Below, one piece after another: positions 25,479 through 35,500 of a stretch of DNA of 62,854 nt. How positions within the stretch are numbered: the stretch's first letter is position 1; each line of letters begins with the position of its first letter. The stretch comes from a virus. The DNA lies in the IMG/VR virus record IMGVR_UViG_3300000062_000002, positions 1 through 62,854 of that record; one strand, given 5' to 3'. The notes under the pieces were generated by a model that was not told the origin of the DNA, did no database searches, and saw only the letters and a program-made list of their open reading frames with translations. Position numbers and translations under genes: made by a program.

Positions 25479-26141
25479 TTAATCCCTCACGATTTCTATG
25501 ACTTTGTAAAATTCTTTGTTTAGGTCGCTCGATTGTGCATTAAGCTGACTTGCGTACTTTTCGGCCTGCTCTTTGGATGATAAAGCAACTACTTGTTTTA
25601 CTACACCGTAAAGGGTTTTGCTTGGTGCAGGAACAGGGAATACAATTGAATTGCATGTATCGGCTATGTGTTGCATTTTTGACATAAGATACGGTCCCGG
25701 GCAAACTGTAGCTGAAAACATACTGTGCCATGTAAGATTCTCGCCAACTACCAAAGGCGGGAAGTCGTATCGAATCATTATGTCTACGGCTAATTTGATG
25801 AATGTATCAAGAGATTTGTCCGATATAGGCCATCCTAATTTGTCGCCATCAGCTACACTGCAATTGTTTGCTATTTCTATGGTTATAGCTTCATTATCAT
25901 TTGCTGCACTGCTGCTAGTCCACGGTCTGTTTTCTTCTGATACATATTGCGCAATGTTTTCGTCCTGTATGCCATAGGTCGCACTTATTTTACTGCTTTC
26001 TAAAACTTGTCCTATTCTCTCAACTGTCAGATTTCCCACTGCATGGTGCGGTGTTATTCTGCAAATTTTCTTTCCTGCCCGGCCTGGGGTAAATCCCGCT
26101 GTAAGCAGAGCTTTTTTTGTAACTAAATTAGAGCCTACCAT
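25479..26141 (-). CDS. N-acetylmuramoyl-L-alanine amidase (Amidase_2/PGRP-type) endolysin
   Basis: ITPHHAVG..ATYGIQDENIAQYV..RPWTSS..NDNEAITIEIAN..TWHSMFSATVCPGP. GGAGGTGG RBS before ATG 26141. Confidence 0.85.
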   Translation of the reverse strand: MVGSNLVTKKALLTAGFTPGRAGKKICRITPHHAVGNLTVERIGQVLESSKISATYGIQDENIAQYVSEENRPWTSSSAANDNEAITIEIANNCSVADGDKLGWPISDKSLDTFIKLAVDIMIRYDFPPLVVGENLTWHSMFSATVCPGPYLMSKMQHIADTCNSIVFPVPAPSKTLYGVVKQVVALSSKEQAEKYASQLNAQSSDLNKEFYKVIEIVRD

Positions 26142-26664
26142 AAAACCACCTCCGCCATTCAAAACTAAAAAACTCTTTATATATATCCAAAACTGTATAA
26201 TCGTATATAACCATATCATCAATTGATTTGCCCTTATGCTTTAGGTATAGGCTATATAAAAACACTATTTTATCTTCTAACCAAATAGCAAACGGCATTA
26301 AGAAAAACCATATTAAAGCAAATGCAATACTGACTTGTCCATAGATATTGCCCCATAGTTCGGAATAATCCCATATCGCAAGGCCAAGCCAAACATTAAG
26401 TATTAACCCTGCGATTAATTCTATAATCAGCGTGATAATTGTGCCTATAAGTGCCTGAACACGTACATGAAGCTTGTAAAATCGTGGCATCTGATTTATT
26501 GCACCCACGGCTATGCAACACAGGCCGCCTACAGCAAGCATTGCAATATGAGCTTTTTCGCCGCCTTTAAATACAAAGCGATACAACGCTTCTAAAACAA
26601 AATATTGTTCACCCAGCAAAAACCATAACAGTAACAATTTGCCAAACCGTTCAAGTTTTGTCAT
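26128..26664 (-). CDS. Multi-pass membrane protein in the lysis cassette (resembles the 'putative ABC-transporter type IV' family seen near Firmicute phage lysins)
   Basis: Four to five hydrophobic helices with a WDYSELWG motif. Confidence 0.45.
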   Translation of the reverse strand: MTKLERFGKLLLLWFLLGEQYFVLEALYRFVFKGGEKAHIAMLAVGGLCCIAVGAINQMPRFYKLHVRVQALIGTIITLIIELIAGLILNVWLGLAIWDYSELWGNIYGQVSIAFALIWFFLMPFAIWLEDKIVFLYSLYLKHKGKSIDDMVIYDYTVLDIYKEFFSFEWRRWFYGRL

Positions 26665-26666
26665 GG

Positions 26667-27317
26667 CTATACACCTAAGAGTTGAGAAAGATTAAGCGCT
26701 AATTCAGGCGGCAATTCTGCACCATATTTTATTGCGGACAGCACATCATAATCATTAATACCTTTTATGTATTGCCTTAAATGGTTGCAATAGGTCTGAT
26801 GATAAAACACATATTCTGTAGCGGCCTGTGCGATTTTGGCAAAGTCATTAGCCGACCAAAACTTACAAATCTCACCGTCTGCATGGTAAGGCACACCAAC
26901 TGCCGGGTTAATTGTAGAGGGTTCGCCTTTTAACGCTGACTGTAGCTGCGAAAACATTGTTGATATATTTATCTGGTCTACTTCTGTAAGTCCGAACTTT
27001 TTAGTACCCTCGGAAGTCTCAACGGTCACGCCGTCATATATTGCCTGTTGTGCAGCAGAATTTACAACCTGTAATGTAGCATCACGAAGCTGTTCAAGGT
27101 CTTCCGGGGTGATAACCCTTTTGCCTGTCTCTTTCCAATCTACACCATCCCAATGTGGGGTAATCATTCCTGTAGGCGGTGGTGCATCTAGCAGAGTTTC
27201 GCCGTCTTTCATGGTGTAGTAGTGTATTTTGTCGTTGCTATCTGACAAAACATAAGTCACATAGTATTTTTGCTTATCAATAACGCAGTAATATTTAAAA
27301 TTTGTATTTGCTTCCAT
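26667..27317 (-). CDS. Hypothetical tail-fibre-associated protein (XkdW/DUF4376-like position)
   Basis: 216-aa ORF between the tail-fibre genes and the lysis cassette. Weak family impression only. Confidence 0.4.
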   Translation of the reverse strand: MEANTNFKYYCVIDKQKYYVTYVLSDSNDKIHYYTMKDGETLLDAPPPTGMITPHWDGVDWKETGKRVITPEDLEQLRDATLQVVNSAAQQAIYDGVTVETSEGTKKFGLTEVDQINISTMFSQLQSALKGEPSTINPAVGVPYHADGEICKFWSANDFAKIAQAATEYVFYHQTYCNHLRQYIKGINDYDVLSAIKYGAELPPELALNLSQLLGV

Positions 27318-27400
27318 TTGTTTTTTTGTCCTTTCTTGGAGTGTTTTTGGGGTCTAAGTTTTGTGGGATTAATCTTTTTTCTTATTTTGTCATAGTTCTG

Positions 27401-27598
27401 TCATAGGTCATCTAATTCTTTAATAGTTGCTTTGTAATCAAGAAAAATAAACACCCATGAAAGTAAAAATATAATGATACTTTTACATAAAAATAACTGT
27501 TCTATCCTCAATCCAAGAAAAGAACACAGAAAAGAGCTGAATGGAGCAAGAACAATTGTAAGAAAAACTACACATATAGGAAACCATATCGCTTTCAT
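27401..27598 (-). CDS. Hypothetical small membrane protein
   Basis: 65 aa with two hydrophobic helices. Confidence 0.4.
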   Translation of the reverse strand: MKAIWFPICVVFLTIVLAPFSSFLCSFLGLRIEQLFLCKSIIIFLLSWVFIFLDYKATIKELDDL

Positions 27599-27678
27599 AT
27601 TTATTTTCTCCTTATGGATAAATTTGAGTTTTTTTCTGCTATAATGGATTTGTTGTTTATTTTTTTGAGGGGGTTATT

Positions 27679-28440
27679 ATGGACACTCAATGTACAGAGC
27701 AACAAATGACTGAAATATTTGAAAAGTTGAGTTCGTTGGAAAACTTATATGAGTTGGTTAATTCCACTTTTCAATTTCATGTCACAACCGTATGGGGCAT
27801 AACATTGGGCGTTTTTGCTATCATAGGGGCGGCTTTGTTTTTTATAGCTAAGAGTATGATTGAATCAGGGACTAAAAAAGGATTAACCAAAATCGACAAT
27901 AGAATTCGTGAACTTGACACCAAAAGCAGAGAGCTTCAATCCAGCATAAATTCTCGTATAGTTGGTTTCACCGAAACCAGCAACCAACGCCAAACCGAAT
28001 ATGAAAGGGGTTTAGAAGAAAGAATGACTGAACATGAAAAGACGGTTTCCCAACAAATCAGTGCGCTTGAAGAAAAATTGAATACGCTTATTGAGAAATT
28101 TGATAATCAAACACTGGGAAGTTTCAGGCTTCCTCTGGTTAAAGACTGCGAATATGTAGAATCTGCCGAGTATTGGAAGAATAGCGCCCGTGAAGTAACA
28201 ATTTCCTTTTGCATAAAACGTGCAGACAATGGAGCGTTTCCGTTTGGCCGTAATATTATAGGCATTATGCCAGAAGGATTTAGGCCGATTTTATATACCG
28301 CCACAACATTAGGGTATTCTATGGATGAAGCGGCGACTTCGGCTTGCAAAATATCAGTTAATAACAGAGGCGAAATTATTGTTTGGGTTTCAAGCCAAGC
28401 TGATACACTGGGAGGAACTATCGCCTATTTAGCAGAATAA
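27679..28440 (+). CDS. Membrane-anchored coiled-coil protein with a C-terminal beta-rich receptor-binding-head-like domain
   Basis: TM VWGITLGVFAIIGAALFFIA, a roughly 90-aa coiled coil, and a C-terminal domain containing IMPEGFRP. GAGGGGG RBS. Extended -10 promoter (TGcTATAAT) upstream. Confidence 0.6.
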   Translation: MDTQCTEQQMTEIFEKLSSLENLYELVNSTFQFHVTTVWGITLGVFAIIGAALFFIAKSMIESGTKKGLTKIDNRIRELDTKSRELQSSINSRIVGFTETSNQRQTEYERGLEERMTEHEKTVSQQISALEEKLNTLIEKFDNQTLGSFRLPLVKDCEYVESAEYWKNSAREVTISFCIKRADNGAFPFGRNIIGIMPEGFRPILYTATTLGYSMDEAATSACKISVNNRGEIIVWVSSQADTLGGTIAYLAE

Positions 28441-28446
28441 TTTACT

Positions 28447-28472
28447 AGCCGTCCTTATGGATGGCTTTTTAT
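28447..28472 (+). terminator. Rho-independent terminator
   Basis: AGCCGTCC-ttat-GGATGGCT (one mismatch) followed by TTTTT. Confidence 0.55.
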
Positions 28473-28493
28473 TTGCCCTGAACTTATACGCAA

Positions 28494-28844
28494 TTGGACA
28501 ATAAGGTGACAAAAGCCGACCTACAAGGCAAAGTGAGCATAGACGACACTGGTTGGCTAGAACCCACTTATGCAGCAGGAATATCGGGGTTTGTTCGTAT
28601 AAGACGAAAAGAAGGTGTTGTAACGATATTTGGGTATGTGGATGGTGCAAATATATCTAATGGCAGTTTATTATTTATTTTACCTGCTGGATTTAATGCT
28701 CCACAGACATATTTCAGATTTCCAGCACAATTGCAGCAAGGCGGTATGTGCCAAATGGAAATTAGCAATTTGCAATATGGTGTCCGTACAGGATATATTG
28801 CAGGACAAGCTATTTATATCAATTTATCATTTTTGGCCAGCTGA
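28494..28844 (+). CDS. Stand-alone beta-rich head-like domain protein related to the C-terminus of 27679..28440
   Basis: VVTIFGYVDGANISNGSLLFILPAGFNAP parallels VTISFCIKRADNGAFPFGRNIIGIMPEGFRP. The start (TTG 28494 or GTG 28506) has no clear RBS. Confidence 0.45.
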   Translation: MDNKVTKADLQGKVSIDDTGWLEPTYAAGISGFVRIRRKEGVVTIFGYVDGANISNGSLLFILPAGFNAPQTYFRFPAQLQQGGMCQMEISNLQYGVRTGYIAGQAIYINLSFLAS

Positions 28845-28852
28845 TAAATTGA

Positions 28853-29545
28853 CTATATCTCTATTACATACCAACCTGAAAAATTTATAGCAGTATTTGT
28901 CTGTATTACATTTGTGGTAATATTATTGCTTACACTGCCAACAGATGATGTATCAAACAAAATTCTTGGAGTTCCAGATACATTGAGAAATCTACTTCCT
29001 ACTTGCGAAACCCCACTTGGCATAAAATATGATAAATTGTGAACAACTACGCTCCCCATGGCGCTTCTATCGGCTATTATAGACCCCGGGAGACCTATTA
29101 TGGTCGCATATCCCGTTCCGGCGGTAGAAACTCCGCTTATTCGCAAGAAACCTGCAAAATAAACAATATTGCCCATTTGCAAACAATACCCATGTTGATT
29201 TTGATATGTATACATACCCGGTGTTGTATATCCTGCAATTGTAGGTGTCCACGAGTGAACATTGTTTATACTCGCCTTATTGTCCAATTGCGCACCTATA
29301 TCGGCGAATTGGGCGGCAGTATTGTTGTGTAATGCGGAAAAAGCTTTGTTAGGTGTTGGGTCTCCTGTGATGTTGCCTATTTCCTCTGCTGTTTCGTCTG
29401 TTAATAAGGTGGCTTGATTAAGAGGTGTCCAATCTGCGGCTGCACCATCAGCCATTGCCATTATTGCATGTCTTACGCTTTGGTCGTCCTCAAAAGTCAA
29501 CTGCACTCTTCCGGCTAACCCGGGTGCGGGTACACGGTCTTTCAT
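28853..29545 (-). CDS. Tail fibre / host-specificity protein
   Basis: The N-terminus KDRVPAPGLAGRVQLTFEDD..MADGAAADWTPLNQATLLTDETA is typical of Firmicute prophage tail-fibre proteins. Last structural gene. Confidence 0.5.
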   Translation of the reverse strand: MKDRVPAPGLAGRVQLTFEDDQSVRHAIMAMADGAAADWTPLNQATLLTDETAEEIGNITGDPTPNKAFSALHNNTAAQFADIGAQLDNKASINNVHSWTPTIAGYTTPGMYTYQNQHGYCLQMGNIVYFAGFLRISGVSTAGTGYATIIGLPGSIIADRSAMGSVVVHNLSYFMPSGVSQVGSRFLNVSGTPRILFDTSSVGSVSNNITTNVIQTNTAINFSGWYVIEI

Positions 29546-29557
29546 ATAATCGTCTCC

Positions 29558-30136
29558 TTAATTTGAAATTGGATAAAAATTATCTCCGCTCCATGCAATG
29601 CCGCTTGGCAAATGGATTTGGGATGATTCTTTTGTAGGGTCTACATCTGCTAATATGTAAAAATTATCTCCACTCCAAGCATTGCCACATTGCAAAAAGA
29701 TAGCTCTTATTTGTTCAACAAAATCAATTGCATCAAGCAATATTTGTTCAATGTCGTTTGCAAGTTCATAAGTAAGATAATCCATACTTGTTGGAGTTGA
29801 TGGCATATAGGTTACAATTGTAGCTACAGAATTTCTGATAGTTCCTATATCGTTAAGATAATTCTGCATTTGTGCAGGAGTAGGTATATCTGATATAGTC
29901 CAATTAGTTTTAGGATTTACTGATACAGGTACATATAATTCTGTGATAATATTTCCGATTTCTCTGATTGCTATTCCGACACGGTTTAAATCAGTTGCAT
30001 TATAAGAACCTTTTGTGCCTGTTCGCCATTCTTGCCATTGTTCTAATGTAGCCGTACGATTTATAATCATTTGCCGCAAATCAGACCAATATATGACATC
30101 GTCTTGGGTTCTGTCATTAATAAGAACTATCGCCAA
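29558..30136 (-). CDS. Tail-fibre-associated protein
   Basis: KGSYNATDLNRVG motif. Duplicated AWSGDNFY at the C-terminus. Position between Tal and the fibre gene. Confidence 0.4.
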   Translation of the reverse strand: MAIVLINDRTQDDVIYWSDLRQMIINRTATLEQWQEWRTGTKGSYNATDLNRVGIAIREIGNIITELYVPVSVNPKTNWTISDIPTPAQMQNYLNDIGTIRNSVATIVTYMPSTPTSMDYLTYELANDIEQILLDAIDFVEQIRAIFLQCGNAWSGDNFYILADVDPTKESSQIHLPSGIAWSGDNFYPISN

Positions 30137-30160
30137 ATTGCTAACCTCCTTGCCTGTTTT

Positions 30161-32173
30161 TTAGAAAACTTCTCTGCCCTCATAGTTTCCCCTGAACATA
30201 CCGCCAGAATATGTGTATCTGATAGAGCTGATGACTACAACCTTATCAGCATATTTGTTGTTGATAAGTACAGTGTCAAGCGGGTCAAGTCTTGGGTCTG
30301 CTCGATATTCACCGAGATATTTGTTTCGCTTTATTAACCATCCTAATATTTCGTGTCCGACTTTATAGGCATGGTTTGAAGTGGTTATAAATGGGTTGTA
30401 TACTTCCTGAATAAAGCCATTCTCACTATTTGGTATAGAGGAAAGTCCACGATTTACATTGAGCCTGCGTAATTCCCTTGTGACATTAATGGTGCTTTCA
30501 GGCATTCCATTTGCGGGACTTATAACATAGTCAGGTGCGAATGAAAGGTGTTCTATCCTTGCACGATGATTAGGAAGCGACCATTCAACAATTTCAACAA
30601 CAATTTCGTCAAATTCGGTTGCTGAAATATATATTGCATTTGTTAGTTCTGTGTTGCCGGATATAAGATTAGATTCTATAAGTTCATCATCCAAAAACAC
30701 ATTGACATTAAAGTCTCGTGCTATTTCGTTGTATGTGTTACTCCAAGCTATTATTACGGCAGGGGAATACCGTTGATTGCCGTCAAATTTTATTGCTATT
30801 TCTGGCGGGTTTGCGAATATTGCTTTTTCGTTAGAAAGAGCGTTACTAACAAACGAAAACAAAGAATTGTCTGATACAATTTCAAACTGTCCATTAAGCG
30901 GCCATGCTCCTAATTCATTGACAGCAACAGACGAAAAAGCAAACGAATTATCTAGTCTCGTAAGGTCGGAAAATGGAGCACCGCTATTTGAAGTGATTTC
31001 AGAATCAATGCCAAGAGATATAGGCTCAATTTTAACTGTCCCATACCTATCTTGCGTAAGTCCGCAACTTGCGGCATGTGCGCATAATTGCAAAATTTCA
31101 GATATGGAAGCCTCGAACGGCTCTTCTGTTACAACGCTATAGCCTTTGAGAATATCGCTTACCAACCAACGTATTTTTTTGTTGGACAACGGCGGTAAAT
31201 TCGCCTGCGTTAATGCTGATATAGCAATGTCGTATAGTGTTCCGTTCAATGTGCCAACATAGGTGTCTTGCATAAGGTCAAATGAATTTCTTGCGGTGAA
31301 TGTTGCGGTGAAACTATTTTGTGGTGTGTCCCACTCTGAAAGATAGAAAACTCCTGCGGGAATCCACTCAATACTGCCATTGATTTCATAACCGTATCTT
31401 GCAGTTATTTCTTGCTGTTCCAAGAGGTATTTATACATTCCTTGCGGGTTTGCAGGGTTCCAGTTCTGGTCTGTGTTGTCTATGGTGAATATTAGAGTAT
31501 TGTCAGGAATATATGAGCCAAGAGGGTCAGCGCTGTTGCTGTGGTCGATTTGGAATATGTTTGATTTATTGAATAAAGCATAAAACCCAACCGTCAAATC
31601 TTCTAGTCTTGCACGGCGATAGGGGAGACACCATTCCTGAATCAATATGTCAATTCGATTGTAATTGTGAACATCAAAGTTAACTTGGCTTGATATTTCA
31701 GTATTATTAGAAATAGTTGTTGAGTTTACTACTTCACCGTCAAGATAGGCAACCAAACTAAATGTTCGGGGCATTTCACCAAATGTGTCGCTCCATGTGA
31801 GAGTAAGGCCGGGTATAGGCTGTAAAAGTACACGCTCAAACAAAAGTGTGATTGTCACAGGAGCAGGGAATATACCGCTTTCATCACTTACAGACTTACT
31901 GACAAAGCCTGTGTTACCATAGGGTGCAGATAATATTTTACTGTCCCCATTTAAAGGCCATATCCCACGTTCTAAAGTAGAGAATTTTGTAAAGCTCTTG
32001 TCAGTGCCGTCTAAAACTTCGGGCAGATTAGAAAAAAACTCTTGGTTAGCACTGCTTGGGGAAAATCGACTAATCATAGCAGGGTCTGTAATAGCGTATA
32101 CAATTTCAACATAAGACGGTGGCAGAAAGTTTTCTCTGTGTGCCATTTTCCATGCTGTAGATGTAATTTGCAT
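30161..32173 (-). CDS. Tail-associated (Tal-like) baseplate/tip protein with an internal domain duplication
   Basis: 670 aa, located downstream of the tape-measure and Dit-like genes. Two roughly 150-aa segments share WPLNG..FVS..WS.T..E.aR.F....LD.E...S..IS.NTE..EW.LP..RAR.E.L. Confidence 0.5.
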   Translation of the reverse strand: MQITSTAWKMAHRENFLPPSYVEIVYAITDPAMISRFSPSSANQEFFSNLPEVLDGTDKSFTKFSTLERGIWPLNGDSKILSAPYGNTGFVSKSVSDESGIFPAPVTITLLFERVLLQPIPGLTLTWSDTFGEMPRTFSLVAYLDGEVVNSTTISNNTEISSQVNFDVHNYNRIDILIQEWCLPYRRARLEDLTVGFYALFNKSNIFQIDHSNSADPLGSYIPDNTLIFTIDNTDQNWNPANPQGMYKYLLEQQEITARYGYEINGSIEWIPAGVFYLSEWDTPQNSFTATFTARNSFDLMQDTYVGTLNGTLYDIAISALTQANLPPLSNKKIRWLVSDILKGYSVVTEEPFEASISEILQLCAHAASCGLTQDRYGTVKIEPISLGIDSEITSNSGAPFSDLTRLDNSFAFSSVAVNELGAWPLNGQFEIVSDNSLFSFVSNALSNEKAIFANPPEIAIKFDGNQRYSPAVIIAWSNTYNEIARDFNVNVFLDDELIESNLISGNTELTNAIYISATEFDEIVVEIVEWSLPNHRARIEHLSFAPDYVISPANGMPESTINVTRELRRLNVNRGLSSIPNSENGFIQEVYNPFITTSNHAYKVGHEILGWLIKRNKYLGEYRADPRLDPLDTVLINNKYADKVVVISSIRYTYSGGMFRGNYEGREVF

Positions 32174-32189
32174 TACAAACCCTCCTTAG

Positions 32190-32564
32190 TCAAGATTCTA
32201 TCAATGCGAGCCTTGCGCCCACCCAACCTCTAGGCAAGCCTGTACGGTGGTCGCAAAATGGAATAGAAGCATTTCGGTCAGATACATACATTTTTCTTGT
32301 TGTCCATGATGAGGTTGCTTGATTAAAGAAACGCACATTGTTTTCAAATGAACTTGTGAATAGGCGAAGAATCCCTGCCCATTCTTCATTTGTTAGAAAA
32401 TTCCATGTTAATTCAACTTTTGCAACATCATCCCGAATTACAGCTCCAATCATCCTGCCTTCTGCGTTTCTAGCAAAATCAACCAGAGTTGCAGTATTTG
32501 GAGCATATGTACTGGAATGAGGCAATGCAGTTCCATTTACATAAACGAGTGGATTTATTTCCAT
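32190..32564 (-). CDS. Small distal-tail-like protein
   Basis: 124-aa ORF directly downstream of the tape-measure gene. Assigned by position only. Confidence 0.35.
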   Translation of the reverse strand: MEINPLVYVNGTALPHSSTYAPNTATLVDFARNAEGRMIGAVIRDDVAKVELTWNFLTNEEWAGILRLFTSSFENNVRFFNQATSSWTTRKMYVSDRNASIPFCDHRTGLPRGWVGARLALIES

Positions 32565-32574
32565 GCCTTACCTC

Positions 32575-35500
32575 CTAGTAGTTCAGCGAGAACATATCGC
32601 CATCGGGGTAGATTTCAAAACCTCTTTGTCTGCGACCACGGTCAGCAGCTACAGCAATATCTTTATCGCCAATTTGCACAGACATATCTTTACTGGCAAT
32701 GACTTGAAGCAAACTTACAGCTGTAGCTAATATTTGATTCTGGCTCATATTTGCTTGTGCCACACCGTTTGCGATACCTGCCACAATCTGGTCGCTGTTG
32801 GCAACTGCCGTATGTCCACCAATATTGCCTACAAGTTCGGGTCCTGCTTCATTCGCTATAAACAGTTGTCCGACTGTGGGAAAACCGCCTGCGGCAAATG
32901 TACCAACACTTCCACGTGATGTTGAAGTGCTAGAAGATGAGGTTACACTATTGCTTGCGCTGCTTGCAGAACTGCCTATACTGCCTATTTTTTCAAGCAA
33001 ATCGCCTATCCAACCAAATAAGGTATCAAATATCTTTTTCACAGCATCTTTCATGCCACCAAACACTTTTTCTATCGGGTCGGTAACATATTTTTTAAAC
33101 CAAGCCTCTGCACCTTTCCAAGCAGATTCGGCACCTGCCCAAGCATCTTTGAAGATTTTCTCTACGGCAGTTAATAAAGGGTCGAAAGCCGTTTTGACAG
33201 GATTAATGACTTTATCAGTAAACCAACCTGAAACAGCGTTCCATATGCCTTTAATATTAGTCCAAGCTGTATCAAAAAATCCTTTGATTGCATTCAAGGC
33301 TGTATCAAAAGCAGTTCTGATAGGAGTTATAACAGTGGAATTGTACCAACCTGAAACTGCGTTCCATACAGTCTTTATGTTCGACCAAGCCTTGCTGAAA
33401 AAATCATATATGGCTTTTAGAGCTGTATCAAAGGCACTCCTTACAGGATTGATAATAGTTGAATCGAACCAACCTTTTACAACATTCCATACGGTTTTGA
33501 TGTTAGACCAAGCTTTATTAAAAAAGTCGTATATAGCTTTCAAAGCTGTATCAAAGGCGGATTTTACAGGAATGATAATATTGGAATTAAACCAACCTGA
33601 AACTGCGTTCCATACCCCTTTGATGTTTGTCCAAGTGGATTCAAACAGGCCTTTTATACCGTTTAAATCTCTTTCAAACTTATCTTTTATTGGTTGGATG
33701 ACTTTGGAATTAAACCACTCACTTGCGGTGCTCCATACACTTTGAATCCATTCCCAAGCGGCAACACCATGTTCTTTAACAGTATCCCAATTTTTTACAA
33801 GCAATACCACAATTGCGATAAGTGCTGCAATGCCTGCAACGATAAGGCCTATAGGGTTTAGAGACATGGCAAGATTAAGAGCATATTGTGCAACTGTAGC
33901 CAGTCCTTGGGCAACCGACAATCCCGAAAAAGCGGTCGATAATGTTTGAATAATACCAGCAATAGCAACAGTGGCTTTATAAGCAACAAATGCGGCAGTC
34001 AACGGGGTAATTATTGCAAGCAATGTGTCCATGTTTTCAGACAGTGAAGTAAGTCCGGCACTTACCCCATCAATAACACTTACTATTATTCCACCTGTCC
34101 ATTCGCTTAATGGTTTCAAAAAACTTTCCCAAATCCAAGTTGCAGCAGGCTTTATTTTTTCCAATACAGTATTGAACAATTCAAATGCGCTTGTAAGAAG
34201 TCCAAATCCGGCAGGAACTACCATTTCTGCTATCCACTTACCGAATGGCAACAATACATTCTCCCAAGCCCATGCAAGGCCATCAAGAATAACATCGACT
34301 ACTGGTTGTATTGCTTCAAGCAGATTTCTAAATCCTGCCATAGCTGGTGCAAGGTCAAGTTCTTTTGCCCAATCTGCAGTGGCTTTAGTCATCTTGTTGA
34401 TAGTTTCAAGTACTTTATCAGCCATACCAAGAATTGAACTCCAAATAGCAGCACCGTTGCCAAATTCTATCCAAGCATCACTAATACTAGATGCGAAGTT
34501 GCCTACAATATCGTTGATATTGGCAAATATGTTTAGAATGTTTTCTGCGATAGATGCACCAGTACCATCATTCCAAGCATAACGGAAAGAGACTCCGATT
34601 AAATTAAGTAAATCGAATATATTTGTTAAAGCCACAATGAAACTATTAACCAAATCAAGTCCTGCGTTATCCCATGCGGTGCTAAAAGCCTTTGCAATAT
34701 CGCCGACTATAAATAAAAGTGTACCGCCTAGTGTGATAAGTGATTCAAACATTTTTTGCCCTAATCCATCTACTTCATTAAAGACATCAGCAATAGTGTT
34801 GAATATCTTTATAAGAAGTCCTGCAATTTGCTCATTAGCATACAAAAATCCAGCCATAAAGTAATCGCCTGCATTCGCCCAAGCTCTCGCCCATGCTCCT
34901 TTGATAGCATCAAGCATGTCGAAAAAAGCACCTTTTACAGGCTTCCAAATGTCGCCCAATTTTTTGCCAAAATCTAATATTGCAGGGTCAATATCAGCCT
35001 CTTCGAACATATCTCCGAAATTTGGGGTATTTGCTCCACCACCTGATTCGTTTGGAGAAATGACGTTCAATTCATCAAATCCTGCGACTGCGTTTTTTAA
35101 TTCTTTTGCAGCATCGGTAGCACCGCCAAGAGAATCGGCATAATCAACTGCAACTTCCTTAGCTCTTGTAAAGGTAGACTTACCGCCAATTGCAGAAAAG
35201 AATTGGTTAAGCGCATTCGCCGCTTTAACAATAATATTCACAAGATTGACGAATAGAGGGATAAGCGCCTGAATAGCAGGCATAAGCATAGCAGCAATAG
35301 AATTTTTGAAATACAATGAAGCTGTAGACATTTGCGACATAGAAGCGTTAAAATCATTGCTATATTTTGCAAGATTTTGTATGCCATCTTTTACAGAATT
35401 TAGGGCATTCGTAATAATTCCGCTTGCAAAACGATATAATATGATTCGTTTGAGAGCGAAACTGAATTTTTCAAATACATTAGTTGCTTTTTGTGTTTGA

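Noticed and set aside
27600-29560. Mu G-segment/shufflon-like invertible tail-fibre switch, suggested by the convergent fibre-like genes
   Set aside because: The + strand genes have their own ATG, RBS, promoter and an N-terminal TM anchor, so they are not alternative 3' exons. I found no inverted repeats at the segment borders and no small invertase gene; the only recombinase is the large serine integrase.
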